The position numbers and the translations under genes are program-made. A DNA stretch of 63,647 nucleotides, counting the filler, from a bacterium (GTDB lineage Bacteria > JBDRGX01): NCBI GenBank assembly GCA_043817485.1. It is 7 parts of 7 records of this genome, joined end to end, with 100 filler letters (N's around TTAATTAATTAA, not from the genome) between each part and the next. Parts side by side here need not be neighbours in the genome. Positions count along the whole stretch, not along the records: positions 18,639 to 26,265 come from JBDRGX010000082.1; positions 26,366 to 29,587 come from JBDRGX010000083.1; positions 29,688 to 48,756 come from JBDRGX010000084.1; 4 more parts are not named here. One strand, 5' to 3'. Below, one piece after another: positions 21,601 to 29,688 of this stretch. The notes under the pieces are model-generated. The model did not search any database and was not told the origin of the DNA. It was given only the letters and a program-made list of their open reading frames with translations. The number at the start of each line of letters is the position of its first letter. Within the stretch, counting starts at the first letter, position 1.

Positions 21601-24600
21601 CCATAAGAATAGATTATAATGCTTGGATTCCTTCGAGTCCACCAATAGATTTTATTACTGATGAAATGAAAGTGATTCAAAATAAACGAGGCAAAATAGC
21701 AATTAAAAAAGCAAAAGGAAAAGGAAAAGATAGTGTAGATGAAATATTACTTTTTTCTTTACAAAATGAATTATTGCCTAATGAATGGACTGGGATAAGA
21801 ACACCTATAACTAGTACAACTAAAGGGAAAAATTTAGAGGAATATAAAACACTTGAAATTTCATTATTAAGTAAAGGAGAACAAGAAGTTTTTTCTCTTA
21901 TTAAAGAAGGAAAAATAAAAATTTTCATAGATATAGGAAAAATAAATGAAGATAGTGATGGTGATGGAATTTTGGATAAAGAAGATTTTAATCATAATAA
22001 AACACTTGATACAGCAGAAGATGTTGGATTATGTGGAGATAAACCAGAAATTGAAGGAGGTAAAGGTTGGATTAAAAATTGGGATGATGTATATTCAAAA
22101 GATAATCCAACAGGTACTAAAAATAATGGTTTATTAAATACAGAAGATATGGATGGAGATGGACTTTTAGAAGATGATAATGAAGATAGTTTTTATCGTT
22201 TTGCAATTTCTCCAGAAATGCTTTATTGGAATGAAGATAGATGTGGTGTTGCTTCTATAAATTTAATGTTACCAACAAAAGAAGTAAAAACTGATACAAA
22301 TTTATGGAAAGATGTTAAATCTATGAGATTAATAATGAAAAATGATTCTTCTAAAAATGTATCTTGTGAAATTAATATTGAATCCATGAGATTTGTTGGG
22401 AATAGATGGAAAATTAATTCAGAATGGGTAAAACAAAATACTAATATTTCAGAAAAAAACCCTCCTATTTTTAAAATAGATTATATCAATAATTATGATA
22501 AAAATTATATAGAAGATTTAGAATTTAAACCTACAGAAATTAAAGACAGTACATTTTCTTTTGATAATACTAAAAAAGATAAAATTAAAGAACAGTCTTT
22601 AAAAATTACTTATGAAAATATTAAACTTCAACCTGATTGGGAAAAACAAGCATGGGTTAATCTTTCTTTTTACAAAGGATTAGAACATTTATCTTGTTAT
22701 AAAAAACTTCGTTTTAGTGTTTATAGTGCTTATCCTGAAGATAAATTATTTTTTAGATTTGGATCTAGTGACAAAACTAATCAAATTCAATATAAATTAG
22801 AAATTAAAAATAGTAAAGTATGGGAAAAAATAGAAATAGATTTAGAAGAGGTTAAAAATGTTCTTAAAGAATACTATCAAAAATATCCTTTAGGAAAATC
22901 TTCTAATGAAGATTATGGAATTTATACTTTTCAGAATGGTAAATGGGCAATCAAAGGAAAACCTTCATTAAATAATATTACTCAATTTTTTTTCGGAGTA
23001 GAAAACACTAAAACTTCTAATGAAATTTGGATTAATAATATTATAGTTTGTGATATAGATGAAAAAAAAGGTAGCAAAAAAAATATTGCAATAAGTACTT
23101 CTTTAAGTAATTGGTTAAAATTAAATTTTATTAATAATTATGAAGATTCTGATTTTTCTTCGGTTAAAAATTTAGAATATAGTTCTTCTCAATCTTTATT
23201 TACAAATACTAATTCTAATTTTAATTTTTTATCAGATAAATTTTCTTTTATTCCATTTTTTAATTATCAAAAAAGCAAAAAAATATATGATGAAAAAACA
23301 ATAGTTGAATATAGCAATAATACTCTTTACAAAGAAGATGAAAAAAAAACATCATATCAATGGAATAAATTTTCTTTTAATTTAATAAGTAAAGAAAGAT
23401 TAAAAAAGAAAAATGAAAATAAAGTTTTAAATTATATTGATGGAATTAATTTTATTGAGGAACTTCAATTTATACCTCAACAATATTTTGATGTTTTTCA
23501 AAAAGAAAAAGATTATGTAATTAATAATTATAATAATATAGAAACTTTAGATGAAAAAACTAAAGAAGCAATGTCTTCTACTAATATTGGGTTTAAATTA
23601 AATTTAGAAGAAAAAAAATATTTTCCTATTTTAAGTCATAATTTTACTTCGGGATATATTTATAAATATGTAGATACTGATTATAATCCAAATTATTTAA
23701 AACTTTTTACTTCTTCTTATTATTCTTATTATTATAAAGAAAAACCTATTATTTCTAAAACTTATAATTATTTGTGGAGTGGAAATAGAACTCCTTATAA
23801 ACTCATTAATTTTTTACCTCAATTAAATTATAATTATACTATGAAAAAAGATCCAAATTTAAATACTTATATAACAGGACAAGCAAAAAAAACAATAGAT
23901 GCTTTTGTAAAAGACGATGAAAATACGGAAGGAAGTATTAATGTAGATATAAAACCTTTTTATATATTAAAAGATATTAATACTTTATATAAAGCTGGAG
24001 TATATCATAATATAGGAACAGAAAATTACAAAATAAACAATGCTTTTAATTTATCGTTTAATTTAAGCACAAGAGATATTTTTATTTTGCTTCAAAAAAA
24101 ACAAAAAACACAAATAAAAGAAGATATTCCAGTAATAGAAAATAATGTTTTTTTAGAAAAAGAAAATGGAAAGGAAAAAAAATCATATTTTACTTTTGCT
24201 GGGTTTATTCCTAATTTACAAATAAGTTCTACAAATGAATATAAATATGCTTATTATAAAGAAACTTTTAATAAATTGCCTTTCAATGAAATTCTTAAAA
24301 TTAAATTAAGAGAAGAAGAAAAATCTGGGTTATCTCAATCAGTGCGTAATTTAAGTATAAATATTAGTCCAAATGATTTTAGTTATAAATTATGGGCAAA
24401 TAAACTAAACAAAAAAGATTTTTTAATTAAAAAAGAAAAAAATAATGAAGCAAATCATTCTCAATTTATTTTTACTCCAACAATAGAATTTAACAATATG
24501 CTTTCTTTTTCTAATTCTTATTTAGGAGAAACTAATAAATATACTTTTAAATTTGGAACAAGAAATAGTAATCCTTATATTTTAGAAAAAGGAATTTTTC

Positions 24601-25232
24601 TAAAATATAATTTTGATGAAATAAGCGTTGATTATAGTTGTGAACATTCTATAATAAAAACTTATACTTTTTCAAAAAATGTTTTAAATTCTGTAGGGAC
24701 TACTATTACTCATTTTTTTGGAATTTTTTCTTCTTTTAAAAAAGTAGGGATATCTTATGATAAGGAAAAAAAAGAATATAATTTTATTGAAGGGAAAAGT
24801 TTTTATAAAGTAAATTTATTACCTTCTACTTTTACTATTTTTCAAAGAGAAAAAAATTTACAAGAAAAAAAAATTAATACAAAACTTTTAAATTTAACTA
24901 TAGGAGTTAATAATATTCATTTTAATCCATTTTTTAAAATTTGGAAAAAACAAATTGAAACAAAACAAACTTTTGATGCTCGTTATATTATAGATATTTA
25001 TAATTATCAACAAAAAGATATGATTACTTTTAATTATTCACGAATAGAAAAAAATGTTGATTGGATAAAAGCATCTATTGATTTAACTTATACTTTATTG
25101 CAAAATATTAAAGCTACTTATGGACTTAATTTTTTATGGCATGATGATTTTAGTACAACCTTTAAACAAGAAGGAACAAAGGATTTTATAGATGTAAGGA
25201 TTTCATTTTTAATAAGAATGGAATTAAGGTAA
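18639..25232 (+). CDS. Very large SprA-like cell-surface / outer-membrane protein, 5' end lost at the contig start
   Basis: Frame is open from 18639. D-I-G-x-I-x-E-D...EDxGLxG...GT...xTEDMDGD modules, INYKTGII, GSEKVYVDG, EYEFKPF, and an aromatic beta-strand-rich C-terminal third recall SprA family proteins. Confidence 0.65.
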   Translation, partial: GNLIFKNAQEESHIPSTFKNLLSLQYFLKQKEWVSFRTALIKGQEVKLEQSRYLSVWIYGQGKGETVYFDIGEISEDSNENGFLDTEDKNNNNFLDEGEDTGLDGIKGNFPQGEGWISNWNDNYDNEKNLSGTEENKRLDTEDMDGDKKLNFSKDKEKYFQYKIKVDGIGWKLYNIELNMPYKTIGKISLSEIKHMRIWIFNETDKDIILDKKNPSLKIEEINFTRNLVTEVISGKLIPELEIKQIDAKLNISGENVVVIEGAYRQPKSLSGSSLTKAATSDITQLLSICIAGTIGDKIRLNITHKGGKERDVPVETVNDIKIDYTGQKKDLVKKIVFGDIDVSSLKIEKGFPVTNVFGVMGEISLDDEKIDKLFKKENKEEKRLFKKDFKLITALSQSTNQVIFEKFTGGYEKTQKVIKDTDYIKNIYYSFWYDEIYNKEEPYNKCYKIRDPYYLDDKIKKNFTGKRSYEIIPNSEVIFIDHQNEGRTNTGTGSIIVKNKDITNQDITFYLDRQIPGKISNYTINYKTGIIEFTQEIKNQELIFIAYQYYGENGIIESIGYTLDEQGKIKYTPGVELKNAEDLAKYFKNIKCIKYQNEYISQTTKNYGTTEQRRFYNLYTSGENIIPPEQDPDFVFKVVNKDHNEINHPKYPEIRNMNPPIIFDYTNGIIGFYEPFDEKNFTDGTFSNLHHYLIKMNFKIQKTSFRLKQGYGLVKGSEKVYVDGILLSKNEYSLDDIGNLQFFDATKIKSITNIEVEYEFKPFGGLGGVNNLAGIRGEINLLRGDKNENLFLKQINFGTTFFYYGTPSFSSSEGKMVPPELGTEPSSKVLRTLDGEANFNFVLGKKPQKNINIFEQEIKTKENKIEQEKKEEVLNSDLDIKKNENLELDENFSKKINEIKKDDDIEIREERRYLREDDDEKEFEKEIKKQDTSFPIDISVKGNISYIDTNLNTYKYQSEIQNKASFGMEKRSIAMIENMEGIDVSIPIRIDYNAWIPSSPPIDFITDEMKVIQNKRGKIAIKKAKGKGKDSVDEILLFSLQNELLPNEWTGIRTPITSTTKGKNLEEYKTLEISLLSKGEQEVFSLIKEGKIKIFIDIGKINEDSDGDGILDKEDFNHNKTLDTAEDVGLCGDKPEIEGGKGWIKNWDDVYSKDNPTGTKNNGLLNTEDMDGDGLLEDDNEDSFYRFAISPEMLYWNEDRCGVASINLMLPTKEVKTDTNLWKDVKSMRLIMKNDSSKNVSCEINIESMRFVGNRWKINSEWVKQNTNISEKNPPIFKIDYINNYDKNYIEDLEFKPTEIKDSTFSFDNTKKDKIKEQSLKITYENIKLQPDWEKQAWVNLSFYKGLEHLSCYKKLRFSVYSAYPEDKLFFRFGSSDKTNQIQYKLEIKNSKVWEKIEIDLEEVKNVLKEYYQKYPLGKSSNEDYGIYTFQNGKWAIKGKPSLNNITQFFFGVENTKTSNEIWINNIIVCDIDEKKGSKKNIAISTSLSNWLKLNFINNYEDSDFSSVKNLEYSSSQSLFTNTNSNFNFLSDKFSFIPFFNYQKSKKIYDEKTIVEYSNNTLYKEDEKKTSYQWNKFSFNLISKERLKKKNENKVLNYIDGINFIEELQFIPQQYFDVFQKEKDYVINNYNNIETLDEKTKEAMSSTNIGFKLNLEEKKYFPILSHNFTSGYIYKYVDTDYNPNYLKLFTSSYYSYYYKEKPIISKTYNYLWSGNRTPYKLINFLPQLNYNYTMKKDPNLNTYITGQAKKTIDAFVKDDENTEGSINVDIKPFYILKDINTLYKAGVYHNIGTENYKINNAFNLSFNLSTRDIFILLQKKQKTQIKEDIPVIENNVFLEKENGKEKKSYFTFAGFIPNLQISSTNEYKYAYYKETFNKLPFNEILKIKLREEEKSGLSQSVRNLSINISPNDFSYKLWANKLNKKDFLIKKEKNNEANHSQFIFTPTIEFNNMLSFSNSYLGETNKYTFKFGTRNSNPYILEKGIFLKYNFDEISVDYSCEHSIIKTYTFSKNVLNSVGTTITHFFGIFSSFKKVGISYDKEKKEYNFIEGKSFYKVNLLPSTFTIFQREKNLQEKKINTKLLNLTIGVNNIHFNPFFKIWKKQIETKQTFDARYIIDIYNYQQKDMITFNYSRIEKNVDWIKASIDLTYTLLQNIKATYGLNFLWHDDFSTTFKQEGTKDFIDVRISFLIRMELR

Positions 25233-25266
25233 AATTATTTTTTCAAGAGAGGAGAAAAGTATTTTT

Positions 25267-25968
25267 TTGTTTTCAATTTTACAACAAACTTTAAATTTAA
25301 TATATCCATCAAATTGTATAAGTTGTAAAATTAGTTTAAAATTTTATGAAAAATATGTTTGTGATATCTGTTTAAATAAAATAGAATTTATAAAAAAATG
25401 TTGTATTGTTTGTGGAAAGCCTTTAATTGCAAGTGAAATTAAATGTGGACAATGTATTGTAGATTTACCTGTTTTTGAAAAAGCTATATCAGTAGGAAAT
25501 TATAATGTGGTAATTAAAGATATTATTCTTTTATTCAAATATAAAAAACGAGAAGGGATCAGTAAAATAATAGAAAAAATTATTTTTAAATATTTAGAAA
25601 ATGAGAGTTTAAATAAGAATATTGATTTAATGATACCAGTTCCTTTACATAAATCTCGATTAAAAGAAAGGGGCTTTAATCAATCAGAAATTTTAGCAAA
25701 AATTATAAGAAAAAAATATTCTTTTAAAATCGAAAAAAATTTAATAAGAATAAAAAAAACAAGACCGCAAATAGAATTAAATGCAAAAGAAAGAAAAGAT
25801 AATATAAAAGGAGCGTTTGTTCTAAAAACACCAGAAAAAATTAAAGACAAAACAATACTTTTGATAGATGATGTTTATACTACTGGTTCTACTATTAAAG
25901 AATGTGCAAAAGTATTACAAAAAGCAAAAGTTAAGACAATATATGTTTTTACTTTTGCTCATGGATAG
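25267..25968 (+). CDS. comF: ComF family protein (zinc ribbon + phosphoribosyltransferase)
   Basis: Four CxxC pairs, PVPLH, RGFNQS, LIDDVYTTGST. Confidence 0.92.
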   Translation: MFSILQQTLNLIYPSNCISCKISLKFYEKYVCDICLNKIEFIKKCCIVCGKPLIASEIKCGQCIVDLPVFEKAISVGNYNVVIKDIILLFKYKKREGISKIIEKIIFKYLENESLNKNIDLMIPVPLHKSRLKERGFNQSEILAKIIRKKYSFKIEKNLIRIKKTRPQIELNAKERKDNIKGAFVLKTPEKIKDKTILLIDDVYTTGSTIKECAKVLQKAKVKTIYVFTFAHG

Positions 25969-26062
25969 AGCTTAAATAATTTTAAATTCATAATTCATAA
26001 TGGCTTTGTTGCATAAATGCATAAAAAAGCCGTTTATATTTAAAAAATATAAAGATTTAATG

Positions 26063-26265
26063 TCATCTTTCACAACGTTGTTCCTGAAAAATGTTTAAAT
26101 GATTGTAAATTTTCAAAATATTATTTTTAAATTCTAATGGACTTTTATGAAAAATTTCTGGCTTATTTTTATACCACCATTCTATTGCATCATAAGGTGT
26201 TTTTACATTTAACTCTTTTTTTAAAGAACTATGTTTTCTATTAAAAATATAAAATAACAAAAACT
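26063..26265 (-). mobile_element. 3' end of an integrase-core transposase at the contig end
   Basis: FYIFNRKHSSLKKELNVKTPYDAIEWW resembles the YNxxRxHxSL...TP C-terminus of rve/IS481-like transposases; lies at an assembly break. Confidence 0.55.
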
Positions 26266-26365
26266 NNNNNNNNNNNNNNNNNNNNNNNNNNNNNNNNNNN
26301 NNNNNNNNNTTAATTAATTAANNNNNNNNNNNNNNNNNNNNNNNNNNNNNNNNNNNNNNNNNNNN

Positions 26366-26960
26366 CAGATAAATATTTAGCTATTTTTTCTATTTCGTCA
26401 ATATCAATATAATTAGGAATAAAAATACTTTCTGCTCGTGTTTTAAGATACGGAGCATTTACATATTTTTTTAAATTATTTAAAACTTTTTCTGGATTAT
26501 TTTGTCCTGTAAAATCTTTAAATATTTTTTTTGATATAGATTTAATTCCTACACAAACTTCATCTATTAATGTATTTTTTAGTAATTGATAACCATTGGT
26601 AAGTAAAATATGATAGGTAGAAAAATTTTGTTTTAATATCGTTGCCAAAGGCAAGAAATCTTTATCTTTTATTGGCTCTTTTCCTAAAAAAATTACCCTT
26701 TTGAAATCTAAAGGTTTTAAAAGAGAAACAACCTCTTCTATTTTTAATTTGGTGTTCTCTTTTTCTTCCTGGTGTTCTTTCTTTCTTTCTGGTGCCCTGG
26801 TGCTCTGGTGCTCTGGTGCTTTTTTTTCTTTCTCTACTAAATGACAATCATTTGGATAATAATCAGTAATACAACCATGACAAGAAAAATTACATCCACC
26901 ATTAAAAAAAAGACAAATTTCTTTTACCTTTGGGATATAAGTGATATGATAAACACCCAT
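26366..26960 (-). CDS. Radical SAM protein (PFL-activase-like), 3' end truncated, with an in-frame repeat-derived insertion
   Basis: GCNFSCHGC (CxxxCxxC), FLGKEP, LLTNG; extra segment KAPEHQSTRAPERKKEHQEEKENTK. Confidence 0.85.
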
Positions 26961-26987
26961 ATTTATTTCCTTTTTTTGAAAGTGGTT

Positions 26988-27020
26988 AAGAGGGAGAGAT
27001 AGAAAAACCTCTCCCTCTTT
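26988..27020. terminator. Hairpin between the TonB-dependent receptor and the radical SAM gene
   Basis: AAGAGGGAGAG-atagaaaaac-CTCTCCCTCTT inverted repeat; the T-run lies on the + side, so it may be a stabiliser or partial terminator for the minus-strand transcript. Confidence 0.55.
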
Positions 27021-27033
27021 TATTTTTTAAAAA

Positions 27034-29061
27034 TTAAAAACCTATATTTATTCCTGTTGAAATACTTCTTCCAGGCATTGGATAGCCAGGTTTTTCTTGA
27101 TATATTTTATTAAATAAATTTTCTGCTTTTAAATTGATATTCATATTTTTTGTTATTTTATAAAGTAAAGATAAATTTGCAATAGTAAAATTTCCATATT
27201 CTATTTCACTTTGATTTACATAAATTTCAGAATATCTATTAGTTTCTTTTATTTTTCCTAAATGTCTAAAATAAAGATTTCCATTTAATTTTTCATCATT
27301 ATATTCTATGCCATAATTTAATTTAATTTTAGCTACTCTGTAAATATCTTTATTTATAGTAATATTTTTTGCTTTAAGCAAATAAGTAAGATTAGAATAT
27401 ACTTCAATTTGTTGAGCAATATTAAATATTTTTCCTAAATTAAAAGATAAAGTATTTTCAATTCCAATTATTTCAGATTTAGTAATATTTTCAAAAGTTG
27501 CTTCTGTTTTATTAATTTCTATTTTTTCTATTTTATCTTTAATATTAGTATGAAAATATGTAATATCCATATTTAATAATGAATTAGTAAATTCACAACC
27601 AGTATCATAACTTAAACTATTTTCTGGTTTAATATTTGGATTTCCTTTAACAATTTGTTTTTTTGATGTATCATAATAATAACCTGCTTTTTGATTAGGA
27701 TTAGGAACAATAAAAGCTGTACCTATTGAAGTATGAAATCTAATAGTATTAGTAAGGTGATATACAATTCCACTACGAGGGTTAAAACTATTTATATTTT
27801 CTTTTCCTGCCTTAGTTTTAATATTAGTAAAATATGGAGTTTCAAGTGTTTTTAGGTTGTAATTATCATATCTTGCACCGAGTGTAGTAATAAGTTTTTT
27901 TTCAAAAAAAGATAATTTATTTTCAGCAAATAAAGCCCAATTTTCTTTTCCATTATCTGGTTCATAAGGAGAAATTCTATTACCATTACTTTCATATCTT
28001 TCACTAACATTTTTATTTTGGTTATAATCTATTCCAAAAGTTAATTCATTATTAGACATAAATATTGTATTTTGAGTTTGGATACCAATATAATCTGTGA
28101 ATTTCAACAAAGATTTATAGTATTTATTTAATTTATCATCAAAAGTAAGATTATTATTTTTATTTTTTATTGTAAAAACTTTTATTAACCAATTGTTTTT
28201 TTCAGTTTTGCCTTTATAAGAAAATTCTACTGAATTATGATATAAATCTTTTTTAGCAGGTTCATTTTTAAAAATACTTCCAGCACTTTTAATATCTTTT
28301 CCTGTAAATATTTCATATTTTAAATTTAGATTATGATTTTTATTAATATCATAACCCAATCGTAAAGCATTATTCAAATTATTAAAACTATTTTCTTTCC
28401 AAACACCTTCATTCCAATTAAAATTTCCAACTGTAAATTTTGGTACTTTATAATTATTTTGAGTAATATTAGCAAAACTAATATCAAAATTAAAATTTTT
28501 AATTGAACCACCACTTGTTAATTCTACTTGTGAATTAAAATTTCCTACTTGTGAATTAAAATTTGTTTTAATTTTTCCACTATTTTTTTTAGTAATAATA
28601 TTAATAACGCCAGCCATTGCTTCGGCGCCATATAAAGAAGAAGCAGGACCTTTTAATATTTCAATTTTTTCTACATTTTGTAAAAGAATAGTAGAAAGAT
28701 TTGTTATTCCAGAATTTCTTCCATCAATTAAAAGACTATAATGCAGTGTCTCTGTCATAAAATCTGGAGTAAATCCACGCAAATTAACTGTACTTAATAC
28801 TCCTGGATATTTAATTATATCTATATTGGTTTTTTTTACTAAAATATCATCAAGAGTACTTGCTGTAAATTTTTTAATATCATCTTTAGTAATTATTTCA
28901 ATTGTTTGTGGAACATCAGATTTTTTTGATTCTATTCGTTGAGCAGTAATTACAACTGGATTGAGTTCATAAGCAGTAATTTCTTCGTTGTCTTTGGACC
29001 AACTATTAATAATAGAAAATAAAATAAATGCACATATAAAAAATAAGTTCTTTTTAGCCAT
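27034..29061 (-). CDS. TonB-dependent outer-membrane receptor, probably BtuB-like (corrinoid uptake)
   Basis: Signal peptide, VVITAQR, LRGF, LIDG, IEILKGPASSLYGAEAMAGVINIITK plug, GNPNIKPE, ENLFN, C-terminal F; cobalamin riboswitch upstream. Confidence 0.92.
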   Translation of the reverse strand: MAKKNLFFICAFILFSIINSWSKDNEEITAYELNPVVITAQRIESKKSDVPQTIEIITKDDIKKFTASTLDDILVKKTNIDIIKYPGVLSTVNLRGFTPDFMTETLHYSLLIDGRNSGITNLSTILLQNVEKIEILKGPASSLYGAEAMAGVINIITKKNSGKIKTNFNSQVGNFNSQVELTSGGSIKNFNFDISFANITQNNYKVPKFTVGNFNWNEGVWKENSFNNLNNALRLGYDINKNHNLNLKYEIFTGKDIKSAGSIFKNEPAKKDLYHNSVEFSYKGKTEKNNWLIKVFTIKNKNNNLTFDDKLNKYYKSLLKFTDYIGIQTQNTIFMSNNELTFGIDYNQNKNVSERYESNGNRISPYEPDNGKENWALFAENKLSFFEKKLITTLGARYDNYNLKTLETPYFTNIKTKAGKENINSFNPRSGIVYHLTNTIRFHTSIGTAFIVPNPNQKAGYYYDTSKKQIVKGNPNIKPENSLSYDTGCEFTNSLLNMDITYFHTNIKDKIEKIEINKTEATFENITKSEIIGIENTLSFNLGKIFNIAQQIEVYSNLTYLLKAKNITINKDIYRVAKIKLNYGIEYNDEKLNGNLYFRHLGKIKETNRYSEIYVNQSEIEYGNFTIANLSLLYKITKNMNINLKAENLFNKIYQEKPGYPMPGRSISTGINIGF

Positions 29062-29087
29062 TTTTACTCCTTTCGAGAATACTTTCC

Positions 29088-29185
29088 AAAATAAGTAATA
29101 GACCGGGCTACTTAAAATTTTTTAAGATTACCGTTGCGAGGCAGCATTGGAATTTCACCAAATTTCCTTTACTTAATTGGTTTTT
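29088..29185 (-). promoter_or_regulatory. Cobalamin riboswitch (short variant); boundaries approximate
   Basis: Minus strand AAAGGAAATTTGGTGAAATTCCAATGCTGCCTCGCAACGGTAA-[CTTAAAA hairpin]-TAGCCCGGT matches the B12-element core (AGGAA..GGTG.AA.TCC...C.G...CGCAACGGTAA...AGCCCG), directly 5' of the receptor. Confidence 0.85.
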
Positions 29186-29354
29186 GGCTGTTTATGAAGC
29201 TGTTTTATCGAAAAATTATAACATAATATTTTTATTTTATTTCCTCCTTTTTTAATTTAAAAAACTGTTTAGTATTTGTAGACCTCTATAAATAGACCAT
29301 AATTTTTTGAATCATCACCTTTTTAATATTCTGTAAAAAAAAATCATAAACAAA

Positions 29355-29430
29355 TGGTGGAGGATAGGGGAATTGAACCCCTGACTTCTACTATGCGAAA
29401 GTAGCACTCTACCAGCTGAGCTAATCCCCC
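29355..29430 (-). tRNA. tRNA-Ala (CGC)
   Basis: GGGGGATTAGCTCAGCTGGTAGAGTGCTACTTTCGCATAGTAGAAGTCAGGGGTTCAATTCCCCTATCCTCCACCA; G3:U70 pair, anticodon CGC. Confidence 0.95.
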
Positions 29431-29587
29431 TTCTTTTTTAATTTTAATTTTCCTTCTTTAATTTCATTTAAAGCTATATATATTTCATTTTTTAATTTTG
29501 TATTTATTAATGGTCTTGCACCATCTTTTATTTTTCGTGCTCTTGCAGCTGCTATAAGAATTAATTCATATTTATTTCTATCAGGAT
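29421..29587 (-). CDS. rpoZ: RNA polymerase omega subunit, 5' end lost at the contig end
   Basis: Manual translation PDRNKYELILIAAARARKIKDGARPLINTKLKNEIYIALNEIKEGKLKLKKKGD*, with the omega motifs NKYEL..AA.RAR and AL.EI.EGK. Confidence 0.88.
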
Positions 29588-29688
29588 NNNNNNNNNNNNN
29601 NNNNNNNNNNNNNNNNNNNNNNNNNNNNNNNTTAATTAATTAANNNNNNNNNNNNNNNNNNNNNNNNNNNNNNNNNNNNNNNNNNNNT

